64,000 bases of DNA from Bacillota bacterium (GCA_050952085.1 JBMNKH010000004.1:508793-572792); one strand, 5' to 3'. Shown: positions 10,170 through 25,360, counted from the stretch's first letter. A program made the numbers and translations. Notes: generated by a model from the letters alone, not told the origin.

Positions 10170-10892
10170 ATGGCTCGGAAACAAGATGTGGTTTTCAGAG
10201 GCAGTAAAGACGGCCTGCAACTTATATTCAATGACAAGCAAGATTACGAGGTATTAAAGGAGAAACTAAAAGCTCACCTGCAGAGGGCCGAATTATTCTT
10301 CCAAGGCGCTGATGTAGTGCTTGATATAGGAAATCTTGAGTTTTCAATAGATCAGATTCTGGAGGTCCAGAACATCCTTGCGTTTCCCCATGGGCTGCGG
10401 TTAAGGAAGGTCATTCACGGTGGCAGTGAGCCCAAGCCCGTTGCGAAAACTGTCAAGAGGCAGAGGACATTGGAGCCGGAAAAGCGAAACATAGATCAAA
10501 GGCAGAATATTGTCGAAAACTGGACGTCTGCGCCCAAGAGGCCGGATACTTACTTGTACAAAGGAACATTGAGGTCAGGGCAACGGATTACATACAATGG
10601 CAACGTAGTGGTAGTAGGGGATGTCAACCCCGGTGCTGAGATAAGGGCTGCAGGTGACATAATCGTAATGGGTACTCTCAGGGGGCTTGCCCACGCGGGC
10701 GTAGGAGGCGCTACAGACGTGGCGATCGTAGCCTTTAAGCTGGACCCTACCCAAATCAGGATCGGGGATGTAATCGGGCGGCCTCCCGAAGGTGATCTGG
10801 GCGCTCCAAAGGAACCTGAGGTTGCAAGGCTGAAAGATGGCGTGATCTTGGTGGAACCGCTAGATGGAAGTCGTTGGGAGGGAGAACGGTGA
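10170..10892 (+). CDS. minC: Septum site-determining protein MinC
   Basis: C-terminal beta-helix repeat (VVVGDVNPGAEIRAAGDIIVMG). Lies upstream of minD. Confidence 0.8.
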   Translation: MARKQDVVFRGSKDGLQLIFNDKQDYEVLKEKLKAHLQRAELFFQGADVVLDIGNLEFSIDQILEVQNILAFPHGLRLRKVIHGGSEPKPVAKTVKRQRTLEPEKRNIDQRQNIVENWTSAPKRPDTYLYKGTLRSGQRITYNGNVVVVGDVNPGAEIRAAGDIIVMGTLRGLAHAGVGGATDVAIVAFKLDPTQIRIGDVIGRPPEGDLGAPKEPEVARLKDGVILVEPLDGSRWEGER

Positions 10893-11686
10893 GTGAAGCA
10901 ATAGTAATAACATCTGGAAAAGGTGGCGTTGGGAAGACTACAGCCTGTGCTAATCTGGGAGTGGCCCTCGCATCTATGGGACACAAGGTGGTTCTTGTGG
11001 ATGCCGATATAGGACTCAGGAACCTGGATGTGGTAATGGGCCTTGAGAACCGGATTGTGTACGATCTTGTTGACGTAGTCGAAGGGTTTTGCAGGCTCAG
11101 GCAAGCTCTTATAAAGGACAAGCGTCTCGACGGGCTTTTCTTGTTGCCGGCAGCCCAGACAAAGGACAAGACGTCAGTAACTCCCGACCAGATGAAGCAG
11201 CTGGTTGACCAGCTCAAGGAAGAATATGATTACATACTGGTTGATTGCCCCGCAGGTATTGAGCAGGGCTTCAAGAATGCCATTGCAGGAGCTGACAGGG
11301 CTCTCATAGTGACAACTCCTGAAGTATCTGCTGTACGTGATGCCGACCGGATAATAGGGCTGCTTGAATCTTCAGGGTTTGACGATCCCGGGTTGATCGT
11401 TAACAGGCTGAAGCCTAAAATGGTGGCTAAAGGCGATATGATGGATATACCGGACATAATAGACATCCTGGCCATACGCCTTATGGGGGTTGTCCCTGAC
11501 GATGAGTTCATAGTCGTTTCCACAAACCGTGGGGAGCCGGCAGCTTTATCTGCAAACAGGTCAAAGGCGGGGGAAGCTTTCAGGAACATAGCACGCCGCC
11601 TCTTGGGAGAAGAAGTGCCTTTTCTGGACCTTACGGAACATGAAACCTTTTGGGAAAAATTGCTCAAGTTAATCAAGACAGGGTAA
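10889..11686 (+). CDS. minD: Septum site-determining ATPase MinD
   Basis: Deviant Walker A motif TSGKGGVGKTT. GTG start overlaps the minC stop, with a GGAGGGAG ribosome-binding site. Confidence 0.9.
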   Translation: MSEAIVITSGKGGVGKTTACANLGVALASMGHKVVLVDADIGLRNLDVVMGLENRIVYDLVDVVEGFCRLRQALIKDKRLDGLFLLPAAQTKDKTSVTPDQMKQLVDQLKEEYDYILVDCPAGIEQGFKNAIAGADRALIVTTPEVSAVRDADRIIGLLESSGFDDPGLIVNRLKPKMVAKGDMMDIPDIIDILAIRLMGVVPDDEFIVVSTNRGEPAALSANRSKAGEAFRNIARRLLGEEVPFLDLTEHETFWEKLLKLIKTG

Positions 11687-11698
11687 GGGGGTATAGGC

Positions 11699-11962
11699 TT
11701 GTTTGGATGGTTTAGGAGGAAAGAACAGTCTAAGGAAGTAGCCAGGGACAGGCTGAAACTCGTCCTCATGCAGGACAGGATGGCCCTTGCCCCCCATACC
11801 ATGGAGCAGATGAAAGATGCCGTGATTGTGGCGATTTCAAGGTTTGTTGAGATAGATGAAAAAGGGCTTGAGTTTGAGTGGAAAGGCAATGAAAGAAACA
11901 AAGCATTGGTTGCTAATATACCGGTGAGATCTGTGAGAAGGAGTGCAAAGGCCATCGATTGA
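11699..11962 (+). CDS. minE: Cell division topological specificity factor MinE
   Basis: 87-aa protein after minD carrying the conserved KLVLMQDR region. Confidence 0.8.
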   Translation: MFGWFRRKEQSKEVARDRLKLVLMQDRMALAPHTMEQMKDAVIVAISRFVEIDEKGLEFEWKGNERNKALVANIPVRSVRRSAKAID

Positions 11963-13097
11963 ACTGCCCAACATCAGGATAGAAAGCAGGGCGGTACGGC
12001 GCATTGACTTCTGGCTCTTAGGCGCGGTACTGTTCCTTCATATCCTGTCGCTTCCGCTTATAGACAGTGCCACCCATTCAGCTGGCGGGCATTATTACCT
12101 GAAAAGACAGCTCCTGCTGATAGCGGCTTCGCTGGTGATGATGGGACTGGCGACTTTCATCGACTACCGTGACCTGGTATGGTTATCCCCCTGGATACTG
12201 GGCCTGAACGTGTTGCTACTCGTGGCTGTGCTCTTTATTGGCAGGACTGCGGGTGGTTCTACCCGGTGGATTTCCCTGGGTTTTTTTGACCTGCAGCCCT
12301 CAGAGTTGTTCAAACTCACTGCCATATTGTTTGCCACCAGGATCTTGTGTTCCATGGACAGCCCTCTTGAGTCGGTTTGGCCGGTTATTGCCTTTTACAC
12401 CTGGTTGGCTGTTCCTGCGCTCCTCATCCTGAAGCAGCCGGACCTCGGCACCACTTTGGTAATCATCGCTATTGTCACAGGCATGCTGTATTTTTCAGGA
12501 ACTCCGGGGAGGACCATCTTCACGCTTATCCTGGCAGGCGTTATCATGGTAGGGATTTTGTTGTGGCTTTATCTTTACGCAGGTGTACCTTTGCCTATCG
12601 AGGAGCATTGGATCGACCGGCTTGTAACCGGGTTTAACCCTGAAAAGGATCCCTTGGGTAAAGGCTATCAGGTGCTGCAATCGAAGATAGCTATAGGTTC
12701 AGGTACTTTGTGGGGTAAGGGCCTTGGGAAGGGCACCCAAAACCGGTTGGATTTCATTCCCCACCAGGAAACAGACTTCATCTTCTCAGTCGTCGGCGAG
12801 GAACTCGGGTTTGTGCGCACAACGGTAGTGCTTGGGGTGTATGTGCTTATCCTGTGCAGGTGTCTGATAGCCGCGGTCACCTCCGCTGACAAAGAAGGGA
12901 CTTTGATAGCCGGCGGGGTCCTGAGCATGCTCCTGTTTCAAAGCATGGTGAATATAGGGATGACAATGGGTATTATGCCGGTTACAGGTATCCCCCTGCC
13001 ATTCTTGAGCTACGGCGGGACCGCTTCCATGGTAAATTCGTTTGCAATCGGGCTTGTACTGAATGTAGGCTGGAAACGGCACAAGATCTTATTCTGA
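11943..13097 (+). CDS. rodA: SEDS-family peptidoglycan glycosyltransferase RodA
   Basis: FtsW/RodA/SpoVE family polytopic membrane protein with the conserved DFIF and GxxP regions. Confidence 0.8.
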   Translation: MQRPSIELPNIRIESRAVRRIDFWLLGAVLFLHILSLPLIDSATHSAGGHYYLKRQLLLIAASLVMMGLATFIDYRDLVWLSPWILGLNVLLLVAVLFIGRTAGGSTRWISLGFFDLQPSELFKLTAILFATRILCSMDSPLESVWPVIAFYTWLAVPALLILKQPDLGTTLVIIAIVTGMLYFSGTPGRTIFTLILAGVIMVGILLWLYLYAGVPLPIEEHWIDRLVTGFNPEKDPLGKGYQVLQSKIAIGSGTLWGKGLGKGTQNRLDFIPHQETDFIFSVVGEELGFVRTTVVLGVYVLILCRCLIAAVTSADKEGTLIAGGVLSMLLFQSMVNIGMTMGIMPVTGIPLPFLSYGGTASMVNSFAIGLVLNVGWKRHKILF

Positions 13098-13115
13098 TTC
13101 ATTGGGGGAAGCAGA

Positions 13116-13538
13116 GTGCAGGAGATAGGAACGGTGATCTCGGTCAAGGACCGGGCAGTGATAGTAGAGGTCTCGAGGAAAGAGGCTTGCAGCACTTGCG
13201 GGCGCTGCGGCGGGCGTTTGTCCCTTGGCGGCGATACTATGATTGTTGAAGCCGTAAAGACCGGAAACCCGAAGCCAGGCGACTTGGTTGTATTGGAACT
13301 TCCTGACGCTGATTACCTCCGGCTTTCCTTCCTGGTTTATATGTTACCCCTGCTGAGTCTAGGCTTGGGATATGCAGGCGGCTGGTTTCTCGGCAGCTTC
13401 CTGGGTAACGCTTCTGTATGGGCAGCTGTGTTTGCCGCCGGAGGCCTAGTGGGTTGTTTCGCATGGCTCAGGAGCTATGATGCTGCTTCCAGGAAGGCCG
13501 GCAAATATATGCCTGTTGCCAGGCCGTTAGACGATTGA
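13116..13538 (+). CDS. RseC/MucC-family (SoxR-reducing-system-like) small membrane protein
   Basis: N-terminal GTVxxVxxxxAxV plus a CSTCGRCG cysteine cluster, followed by two transmembrane helices. Confidence 0.5.
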   Translation: MQEIGTVISVKDRAVIVEVSRKEACSTCGRCGGRLSLGGDTMIVEAVKTGNPKPGDLVVLELPDADYLRLSFLVYMLPLLSLGLGYAGGWFLGSFLGNASVWAAVFAAGGLVGCFAWLRSYDAASRKAGKYMPVARPLDD

Positions 13539-15107
13539 CTGCTCAGTCGCAACACGGGTGCTGGGTTTGACTTTAGGCATGTACCCTTCCTCTGAAAGTG
13601 CCGCGACCAAAGACTGATAGGATTCCCTGTCCACCACAATGTAACACGGGCCCACTTTCTTCTTAAGGTAGGGTTTGATCCTGGGTGACAGCATGAGCTC
13701 GTCAGCAAGCTCCTTTGAGTCACATTTGAGCAGGATCACGTCTTCAAATTCTATCCTGCCGTAGGATGTTCCCCACTGGGATATTGAATAACTCACGTTT
13801 TGGGGAATTGGAATCCTGGAATGCTCCGCGAGAAACTCTTCGATTGTATCAGGGGTGTGTCCGTGGAGCATAGCGCGGTATACTGAGTCTCTTGAAAGCT
13901 TGTAAACCAGCATCTGGTCTACTTTGATTATCTCTGCAAAGGTGTCTATTGACCACAGGATCCTGGGTTCAATGGTGCATGGCACCAGTGCCTCAAAGTT
14001 GGGTTGGACGTAAATGTCAGTGTCAAACTTCTCTTCGGGCCAGGGTTCCAGTCCAAACAGCGCCCTTCCTGTCCGGGTCACCCTGATCATTATGTCGTTT
14101 CTGGATTCGTAAACTTCCAGCGCTCCAAGGTATTCCAACATATCTACCAGGTTCTTCTCGATTCTTAGGTTTAGTCCGTGGGATGAATGGCTTGTTGACA
14201 AGGCGTTCATTTCGTCCAGCAAGGCCGATACAGACAACACTGTATCTTCAGGTGATTTCTCAATCAGCCACAAGAGTGTCTGTAGATCGGAATCCTGCTC
14301 AATAAATGTTTGCTTCCAGTAAGTATATAGGGTCTTGCGCCAATGTGAGTACGGGGCATCCAGCCATTTTTCCGCTTCAGAGCCTAACCTGAGGGTGCTG
14401 CTTCTTTCCTCACACAAGCTGTGGGATTTTGCGAAGAACAGCAGGAACGCAAGGCGGGGCGGGTACCTGACAGGGAAAAAGGACTCGTCAAGGCTGTTTT
14501 CATCTTCCTCTATGATCACTACAAGATCATCCTGGCATTTCTTGAACATGGAGCCTGCCTGGGTAACCCTCACTTCATGCTTTCTCAAGTATGACATGAG
14601 CAGGCATACATGTCTCAAAGGAGCGGCGAAGTCGAACCTGTAACGCGGGGAGAAATGGGCCGGATCAATGCTAGTCCTTTGAAAAATCGCCGACAGGAAG
14701 AAGTCTGAGAGCACTTCCCGCAAGTCTTTGGGGACAAAGTATACCTGCCGGTAACCTTCTCTCCTTGTAAACACAAGGCCCCTGGTAATCAGGCCTTCTA
14801 TTACCTTAAAACCATTCCTGCGCCACTTGCGCGACAACTGGTTGAGTTTCTGGTGGCACTGCTCAACAATTACGCCGTTTCCACCGCCTGCAATGGTTAT
14901 CATGCGCAATGCCAGGATTTCTTCGTCGCTGAGGCCGTTCATGGCAACCAGCACATTGGCAGGAATCAGGAGATGCTTTGAGATAAGCTCAGCCAGTTTT
15001 GCCTGGTAATCAGGATCCTGACTGTCCGGCAAAGCTATCCCGTAGAAATAAGCAGTTGAATTGAGACGTTCAACAGCCAGTGCAACAAGAGCTTCTCTCA
15101 GGTTCAT
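13527..15107 (-). CDS. XPB-associated large protein (possible Bax1-like partner), function unknown
   Basis: 526-aa soluble protein. Its start forms an ATGA overlap with the upstream XPB-like helicase stop, so the two are translationally coupled. I did not recognise any catalytic motif. Confidence 0.5.
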   Translation of the reverse strand: MNLREALVALAVERLNSTAYFYGIALPDSQDPDYQAKLAELISKHLLIPANVLVAMNGLSDEEILALRMITIAGGGNGVIVEQCHQKLNQLSRKWRRNGFKVIEGLITRGLVFTRREGYRQVYFVPKDLREVLSDFFLSAIFQRTSIDPAHFSPRYRFDFAAPLRHVCLLMSYLRKHEVRVTQAGSMFKKCQDDLVVIIEEDENSLDESFFPVRYPPRLAFLLFFAKSHSLCEERSSTLRLGSEAEKWLDAPYSHWRKTLYTYWKQTFIEQDSDLQTLLWLIEKSPEDTVLSVSALLDEMNALSTSHSSHGLNLRIEKNLVDMLEYLGALEVYESRNDIMIRVTRTGRALFGLEPWPEEKFDTDIYVQPNFEALVPCTIEPRILWSIDTFAEIIKVDQMLVYKLSRDSVYRAMLHGHTPDTIEEFLAEHSRIPIPQNVSYSISQWGTSYGRIEFEDVILLKCDSKELADELMLSPRIKPYLKKKVGPCYIVVDRESYQSLVAALSEEGYMPKVKPSTRVATEQSIV

Positions 15108-16810
15108 CTCTGGTTTCTCCTTTTCCACTGGTTAAGGAAATCTTGGCTTTCCCAAATGGTATACTTATATCCTTGTTCGGTCAAAAACAACTGTCTCTTT
15201 TGGGAAAACTCTTGATCTTTTGTGTTACGGGTAACCAAAGTGTAGAATGTTGCACTTTCACCTTGAGGTTTGGGACGCAGGATTCTGCCAAGGCGCTGTG
15301 CTTCTTCCTGACGGGACCCAAAGGTGCCTGATACTTGTATCGCCACGCTTGCATCAGGAAGGTCTACAGCGAAGTTGGCAACTTTGGATACAACAAGCAC
15401 CCTTATTTCGCCTTCCCTGAATTTCTCGTATAGCTCTTCCCTGGTGCTGTTAGGGGTTTGGCCGTAAATCATGGGAGCATCCAGTAGTGCTGCAATGTGC
15501 TCCAGTTGATCCACGTACTGGCCCAACACAAGTATCTGATCTTCCGGATGCCGCTCTATGATAGCCTTCACCAGCGGGTACTTTTCAGGGTTGGTTGCAG
15601 CTATCCTGTACTTGTCCCTTTCTCCGGCTACATGGTATTCAAGTCGTTTGTCCTGAGGGAAATCCACCCTTATTTCATGGCAATGGGCAGCTGCAATCCA
15701 GTTCTGAGCCTCAAGTTCTTTCCAGGGCTTGTCGAATTTTTTGGGCCCGATCAGGCTGAATACATCGTCTTCCCGCCCATCTTCCCGCACAAGGGTAGCT
15801 GTAAGCCCCAACCTTCTTCTGGCTTGCAGGTCTGCCGTAATTCTGAACACAGGTGCTGGCAACAGGTGTACTTCATCGTAGATTATGAGCCCCCAGTTCC
15901 GCTTGTTGAACAAATCGAAGTGTGGAAAGATCTCCTTGGAAGTGCCCCGCTTCCTGTAAGCGAGGATCTGGTATGTTGTAACCGTCACAGGGCCTACTTC
16001 CTTCTTATCCCCGCTGTATTCCTTGACCATGTCTTCAGTCAGGTTAGATTTGTCCAAGAGTTCGTTTATCCACTGCCTGAGCGCCACTACGTTGGTTGTG
16101 AGGATCAGCGTCTGGGCCCCCACAAGTTCCATGACTCCCATACCTACGACTGTCTTGCCTGCCCCACATGGAAGTACAATAACACCGCTTCCGCCCCTGA
16201 CGCTGCCGCCTGCCCAGAACGCATCCCTTGCGTCTTTCTGGTATGGCCTGAGGCTGAACGGCAATCCTTCTCTTGTGATGCTCGCAAGGGACATATCCAG
16301 GGGATCACCTTCGGTGTAGCCTGCCAGGTCTTCGCAAGGGTAGCCCATCTTGATGAGGATTTGCTTCACCAGCCCGCGTGAGTACGCCTTTATTATCAGC
16401 GAGTCTTTTCCGGCTGGCCTTTCAATGTGCGGCTCCATCCTGTCCGACCTTCTTATTTCCTCCATGATGAACGGGTCGGAGCAGATCAGGATCAGATTCC
16501 CGTCTTCATAGGTAAGCTTGGTGATGCCGAATTTGTCCATAGTGTCTTTGATGTGCACTATGATGTTTTCCGGCAACGGGTATCTGGAGTAGCTGCTTAG
16601 TTCCTCTATGACTTGTTCAGAGGTAAAGCCGCAGGAAGCAGCGTTCCATAACGACAGCACAGACAGCCGGTACGTATGGATGTACTCAGGGCTCTTCACC
16701 AAATCCGCGAACCGCATGATGGCATCGCGGGCGCTCTCGTACTCGGGATTGTTGACTTCCAGCAGTATTGTGCCATCGCTAAGGACTGTAGCGGGCAGAT
16801 TTCTCGCCAA
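15104..16810 (-). CDS. XPB/Rad25(Ssl2)-type SF2 DNA helicase
   Basis: Walker A motif LPCGAGKT, DEVH box, and the XPB-specific RED motif (TLVREDGRED). About 180-aa N-terminal extension before the helicase core. Confidence 0.8.
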   Translation of the reverse strand: MARNLPATVLSDGTILLEVNNPEYESARDAIMRFADLVKSPEYIHTYRLSVLSLWNAASCGFTSEQVIEELSSYSRYPLPENIIVHIKDTMDKFGITKLTYEDGNLILICSDPFIMEEIRRSDRMEPHIERPAGKDSLIIKAYSRGLVKQILIKMGYPCEDLAGYTEGDPLDMSLASITREGLPFSLRPYQKDARDAFWAGGSVRGGSGVIVLPCGAGKTVVGMGVMELVGAQTLILTTNVVALRQWINELLDKSNLTEDMVKEYSGDKKEVGPVTVTTYQILAYRKRGTSKEIFPHFDLFNKRNWGLIIYDEVHLLPAPVFRITADLQARRRLGLTATLVREDGREDDVFSLIGPKKFDKPWKELEAQNWIAAAHCHEIRVDFPQDKRLEYHVAGERDKYRIAATNPEKYPLVKAIIERHPEDQILVLGQYVDQLEHIAALLDAPMIYGQTPNSTREELYEKFREGEIRVLVVSKVANFAVDLPDASVAIQVSGTFGSRQEEAQRLGRILRPKPQGESATFYTLVTRNTKDQEFSQKRQLFLTEQGYKYTIWESQDFLNQWKRRNQR

Positions 16811-16921
16811 AAGCGTGTTCCTCCTGAATCTTTAGTGAAACCAGTAAAATGGGCAAAAGCCCAGAGATCTCTATTCTACGTCAAGAGGCTCAGTTCCTTC
16901 AACCAGCAAGGTTTCAAGCTT

Positions 16922-16951
16922 TTGCCCGGCGGTGAGCATATCCGTTATAAT
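16922..16951 (+). promoter_or_regulatory. Sigma-A-type promoter upstream of pcrA
   Basis: TTGCCC, an 18-nt spacer, then TATAAT, about 40 nt upstream of the pcrA start. Confidence 0.5.
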
Positions 16952-16989
16952 CTAGGTGTTCAAGTATTCCCAATGGCGGTGTATGAATT

Positions 16990-21324
<4,335 letters not shown>

Positions 21325-21343
21325 TCAAAAGAGGTGTCTGGCA

Positions 21344-22855
21344 ATGGAAATATGGGGTATGCCCGTAAGGGACATTCTGAAGTACATAACATCAGGTGAA
21401 ATTTCCGCAACTGAGGTGCTGGAATGTTACCTCAATGCGATAAGGGAAGCAGATCCTGAAATCAATGCGTTTATTGACGTTCTGGAACCAACGGCACGCA
21501 TGGATGCATCCAGGGTAGATGCCCTGCTCCGGGAAGGCGATTCTCCCGGGCCTTTGGCGGGACTGCCCGTTGCTATCAAAGACAACATCTGCGTCAAAGG
21601 CGCCAGGTGCACATGCGGTTCCAAGATCCTGGAGAACTGGATTTCGCCTTATGACGCTACAGTGATCAAACTGCTGCGCGATCAAGGTGCGGTTATCGTC
21701 GGGAAGACAAACTTGGACGAATTTGCCATGGGTTCTTCCACTGAGACTTCTGCTTACGGGATCACACGTAACCCCTGGGACTTGAGGCGGGTTCCAGGTG
21801 GATCAAGCGGCGGATCTGCCGCGGCGGTCGCCGCGGGAATGGCGCCTCTGGCTTTGGGGACAGATACCGGGGGTTCAATAAGGCAGCCTGCAAGCTTTAG
21901 CGGGGTTTGTGGCCTAAAGCCTACCTACGGGCTTGTATCCCGTTACGGAGTCACAGCGTATGCTTCATCGTTGGATACAGTAGGGCCTTTTGGGGAGACT
22001 GTGTGGGATTGTGCCCTGCTATTGGAAGCTATCGCCGGACATGATCCCCTTGATGCCACGTCTGCAGCGGGAGAGCCGGCAGCTTACACTAAGCGCCTGG
22101 AAGGTAGCGTCAGAGGGCTGCGGGTAGGTATCCCCAGGGAATTGCTGAATGGCGTGTCTGCCCAGGTAAGGGAGCTGTTCGACAACACCCTCAGCACTAT
22201 GGAAGACATGGGAATGATAGTTGAAGAGATGAGCATACCTCCTGTAGCTCATGCAGTTGAAGCTTACTATGTGATTGCAGCAGCCGAAGCTTCGTCTAAC
22301 CTGTCGAGATTTGACGGGGTGAGGTTTGGCAGAAGGGCTCCTGCAGGGACACTGGATGAGATGTACACCAAGTCCCGGGGAGAGGGGCTTGGAAAGGAAG
22401 TCGTTAAGCGGATACTCCTGGGTACTTTTGTGCTTGACTCCGGGAATAAAGACCGGTATTTCATGAGAGCAGCCAGGGTAAGGACCCTTATCAAACGTGA
22501 ATTTGAAAAAGCCTTTGATAATTTTGATCTAATCGTCTCTCCCGCCTCTCCTGATGTTGCGTTCAAGATAGGCGAGAAGATTGAGGATCTGCTCACCATG
22601 TACCTTGCCGACCTGATCACGATTCCAGTCAACATGGCGGGCTTGTGCGCCCTTTCCATGCCCATGGGATTTGTGGATTGTGACGGTGCAGCTCTCCCAT
22701 GCGGTTTGCAGATAATAGGCAAACCCTTTGACGAGCCGGCTGTACTCAAGGCAGGCTATTTATTAGAGCAAGAAATCGAGGCAGGGATCCGTGAAGAGGT
22801 CAGCTCTATGCGGCGCAAGCTAAACCCTGTCAGGGAGTGTGAGTTGGTTGACTAA
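21344..22855 (+). CDS. gatA: Glu-tRNA(Gln) amidotransferase subunit A (amidase)
   Basis: Amidase signature region [14 protein letters not shown]. Confidence 0.9.
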   Translation: MEIWGMPVRDILKYITSGEISATEVLECYLNAIREADPEINAFIDVLEPTARMDASRVDALLREGDSPGPLAGLPVAIKDNICVKGARCTCGSKILENWISPYDATVIKLLRDQGAVIVGKTNLDEFAMGSSTETSAYGITRNPWDLRRVPGGSSGGSAAAVAAGMAPLALGTDTGGSIRQPASFSGVCGLKPTYGLVSRYGVTAYASSLDTVGPFGETVWDCALLLEAIAGHDPLDATSAAGEPAAYTKRLEGSVRGLRVGIPRELLNGVSAQVRELFDNTLSTMEDMGMIVEEMSIPPVAHAVEAYYVIAAAEASSNLSRFDGVRFGRRAPAGTLDEMYTKSRGEGLGKEVVKRILLGTFVLDSGNKDRYFMRAARVRTLIKREFEKAFDNFDLIVSPASPDVAFKIGEKIEDLLTMYLADLITIPVNMAGLCALSMPMGFVDCDGAALPCGLQIIGKPFDEPAVLKAGYLLEQEIEAGIREEVSSMRRKLNPVRECELVD

Positions 22856-24290
22856 TCAATATGAAATGATGATTGGGCTGGAAGTTCACGTAGAGTTAGC
22901 CGCTGATACAAAGTTGTTCTGCCGGTGCTCATCCCGGTTCGGGGACCCGCCCAACACAAACATATGCCCTGTGTGCCTTGGAATGCCCGGAGCTTTGCCC
23001 CAGGCTAACATGGAAGCAGTGCGGCTCGCTACCAGGGCGGCAATAGCGCTTAACTGCTCTATCAATCCTGTCAGCAAGTTTGACCGCAAGAATTACTTCT
23101 ACCCCGACCTCCCCAAGGGGTATCAGGTTACCCAGTTTTATGAACCCATTGCACAAGGCGGGTACATCTGGATAGACGACCCGCGCAAGAAAATCAGGAT
23201 AAACAGGGTTCACATTGAAGAAGACGCAGGCAAGTCGGTTCACGCCGGAGACGAGATCATAACGGCTGAGTATTCACTGGTGGACTGTAACAGGGCCGGA
23301 GTGCCTCTCATTGAAATAGTGTCTGAGCCTGACATATCGTCGCCTGAAGAGGCAAGGCAATACCTTGAGAAACTCCAGGGGCTGCTCAAGTTTGCCCGTG
23401 TTTCAGATGTGAAGATGGAAGAAGGCTCTATGAGGGTTGACTGCAATATATCTGTAAGAAGGAAAGGCAGCCAGGTGCCTGGGGCCCCCGTGGAAATGAA
23501 GAACCTGAGTTCGTTCAGGGCAGTGGTGAGAGCGCTGGCATATGAGTTCCAACGGCAAGCACAGGTGCTGGAACAAGGCGGGCAGATTGTCAGGGAGACC
23601 AGGCATTGGGATGAAACTGAACAAGTTACCAGAGTGCTGCGTACCAAAGAATCAAGCGATGACTACAGGTATTTCCCTGATGCTGACTTGCCCAGGCTGG
23701 AGCTGAGCCAGGGGTTCATTGAAGAAGTGAGAAACGAAATGCCCAAACTTCCCGATGAGATTGTCTCTTATTACGTAGACGAACTTGGCCTTCCCGAGTA
23801 TGATGCACGAGTGCTTACCCTTGATCCTTCACTGGCAGAGTTTTTTGACGCATGCGTTTCCCTTGGCGCAGATCCCAAGACTGCTTCTAACTGGATAATG
23901 GTTGAACTGCTGGGGTACATGAAGGCGGAAAACATACCGTATGAAAACATCCCCTTGAGTCCTGAATATCTTGTATCAATGCTCGAACTTATTAACAAAG
24001 GCGTCATCAGCGGAAAGATAGCTAAAGATGTACTGGTTATTATGATTGAGACCGGGCAGGATCCGCGTACAATAGTTAAAGAGCGCGGTTTGGAGCAGAT
24101 TTCAGATGACGAGAGCATTGCAAGGATTGTAGATGAGGTTATCGCTGCGCACCCATCGGTGGTTGAAGAAATAAAGGCGGGGAAGGCTAAAGCCGTTGGA
24201 TTCTTGGTTGGACAGGTTATGAAACATACCAAAGGGAAAGCTAACCCGGCCAAGGTCAATACAATATTAAGGGACAAACTACTATCATGA
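22839..24290 (+). CDS. gatB: Glu-tRNA(Gln) amidotransferase subunit B
   Basis: VIGLEVHVEL N-terminal motif. An alternative TTG start lies at 22848. Confidence 0.9.
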   Translation: MSWLTNQYEMMIGLEVHVELAADTKLFCRCSSRFGDPPNTNICPVCLGMPGALPQANMEAVRLATRAAIALNCSINPVSKFDRKNYFYPDLPKGYQVTQFYEPIAQGGYIWIDDPRKKIRINRVHIEEDAGKSVHAGDEIITAEYSLVDCNRAGVPLIEIVSEPDISSPEEARQYLEKLQGLLKFARVSDVKMEEGSMRVDCNISVRRKGSQVPGAPVEMKNLSSFRAVVRALAYEFQRQAQVLEQGGQIVRETRHWDETEQVTRVLRTKESSDDYRYFPDADLPRLELSQGFIEEVRNEMPKLPDEIVSYYVDELGLPEYDARVLTLDPSLAEFFDACVSLGADPKTASNWIMVELLGYMKAENIPYENIPLSPEYLVSMLELINKGVISGKIAKDVLVIMIETGQDPRTIVKERGLEQISDDESIARIVDEVIAAHPSVVEEIKAGKAKAVGFLVGQVMKHTKGKANPAKVNTILRDKLLS

Positions 24291-24327
24291 TAAGGGAGCA
24301 TAGTTTAGTGAGAGAGGAGGAGCGGCC

Positions 24328-25275
24328 ATGGGCGGTGGAAGTGCTGATTCCAGTGCGGTTTATGAGCAGATTGCGTCTTCCTTAACCAACTCTCAAGTGC
24401 TTTTTTCCGAGCCGATGTCAAACCACACATCATTCCGTATTGGCGGGCCATGTGACCTCCTCGTCATTCCCGGTACCCGTGATGATGCTATCAACGCCTG
24501 GTTAATGTGTAAACGGCTTAATGTGCCCTGTCACACCATTGGCAACGGGACCAATTTGCTCGTCAGGGATGGCGGCGTGCGGGGCTGCATAATCAAACTA
24601 GCTTCAGGATACACAGGGATCGAAAGGAACGGTTCCAAGAGCCTCATGGTTAGTTCCGGAACGTTGCTTCATACGATTGTTGAAGCCAGTGTGGACTACG
24701 AATTATCGGGCTTGGAGTTTGCAGTGGGGATCCCAGGGAGTATGGGCGGAGCCGTTACAATGAACGCCGGAGCTTATGGCGGCGACATAGGCTCCTTGGT
24801 AAGAAGGGCTGAAGTGGCAACTACCGACGGCACAACCCAATGGATTTCCAGTGAGGAAGCACAGTTTTCATACAGGAACTCTTTGTTCTTGTCCAGGGAC
24901 GATCTTCTCATTCTCAATGTGGAAATAGTACTTGAGCCGGGAGACAAGAATAGAATCCGGCAGGTGATGATGGAACACCTAAAGCAAAGGGAAGAGAAGC
25001 AGCCGCTGGATATGCCTTCTGCAGGGAGCGCGTTTAGAAGGCCGACCGGCAGGTACGTTGGCGCTATGATAGAAGAACTGGGGCTCAAAGGGTTTTCGTG
25101 CGGGGGCGCTATGGTTTCGCCTAAACATGCAGGCTTTATCGTAAACCACGGCGGCGCTACTGCAAAGGATGTGCTTACCCTCATGGATATCATAAAACAA
25201 AAGGTCTACGAGAATTACGGGGTTGTACTGGAACCTGAGATCATAGTAATTGGAGAAGACCTAGAGTCTGGATAA
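24328..25275 (+). CDS. murB: UDP-N-acetylenolpyruvoylglucosamine reductase MurB
   Basis: FAD-binding PCMH fold with SFRIGGP and GxGTN motifs. Confidence 0.85.
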   Translation: MGGGSADSSAVYEQIASSLTNSQVLFSEPMSNHTSFRIGGPCDLLVIPGTRDDAINAWLMCKRLNVPCHTIGNGTNLLVRDGGVRGCIIKLASGYTGIERNGSKSLMVSSGTLLHTIVEASVDYELSGLEFAVGIPGSMGGAVTMNAGAYGGDIGSLVRRAEVATTDGTTQWISSEEAQFSYRNSLFLSRDDLLILNVEIVLEPGDKNRIRQVMMEHLKQREEKQPLDMPSAGSAFRRPTGRYVGAMIEELGLKGFSCGGAMVSPKHAGFIVNHGGATAKDVLTLMDIIKQKVYENYGVVLEPEIIVIGEDLESG

Positions 25276-25319
25276 CACCACCGGCCTCGGATTGCCTCGC
25301 TTGGCTGATGAAAACAGAT

Positions 25320-25360
25320 GAGTCGTGAGATAGGTGGCTAACTCACGACTCTTGTTGTTC
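25320..25360 (+). terminator. Rho-independent terminator after murB
   Basis: GAGTCGTGAG stem, 12-nt loop, CTCACGACTC stem, then a TTGTTGTT tail. Confidence 0.65.

Noticed and set aside
10550-11217. Minus-strand ORFs of 184 aa and 153 aa over minC/minD
   Set aside because: They are antisense to conserved division genes, with Pro/Ser-rich low-complexity translations.
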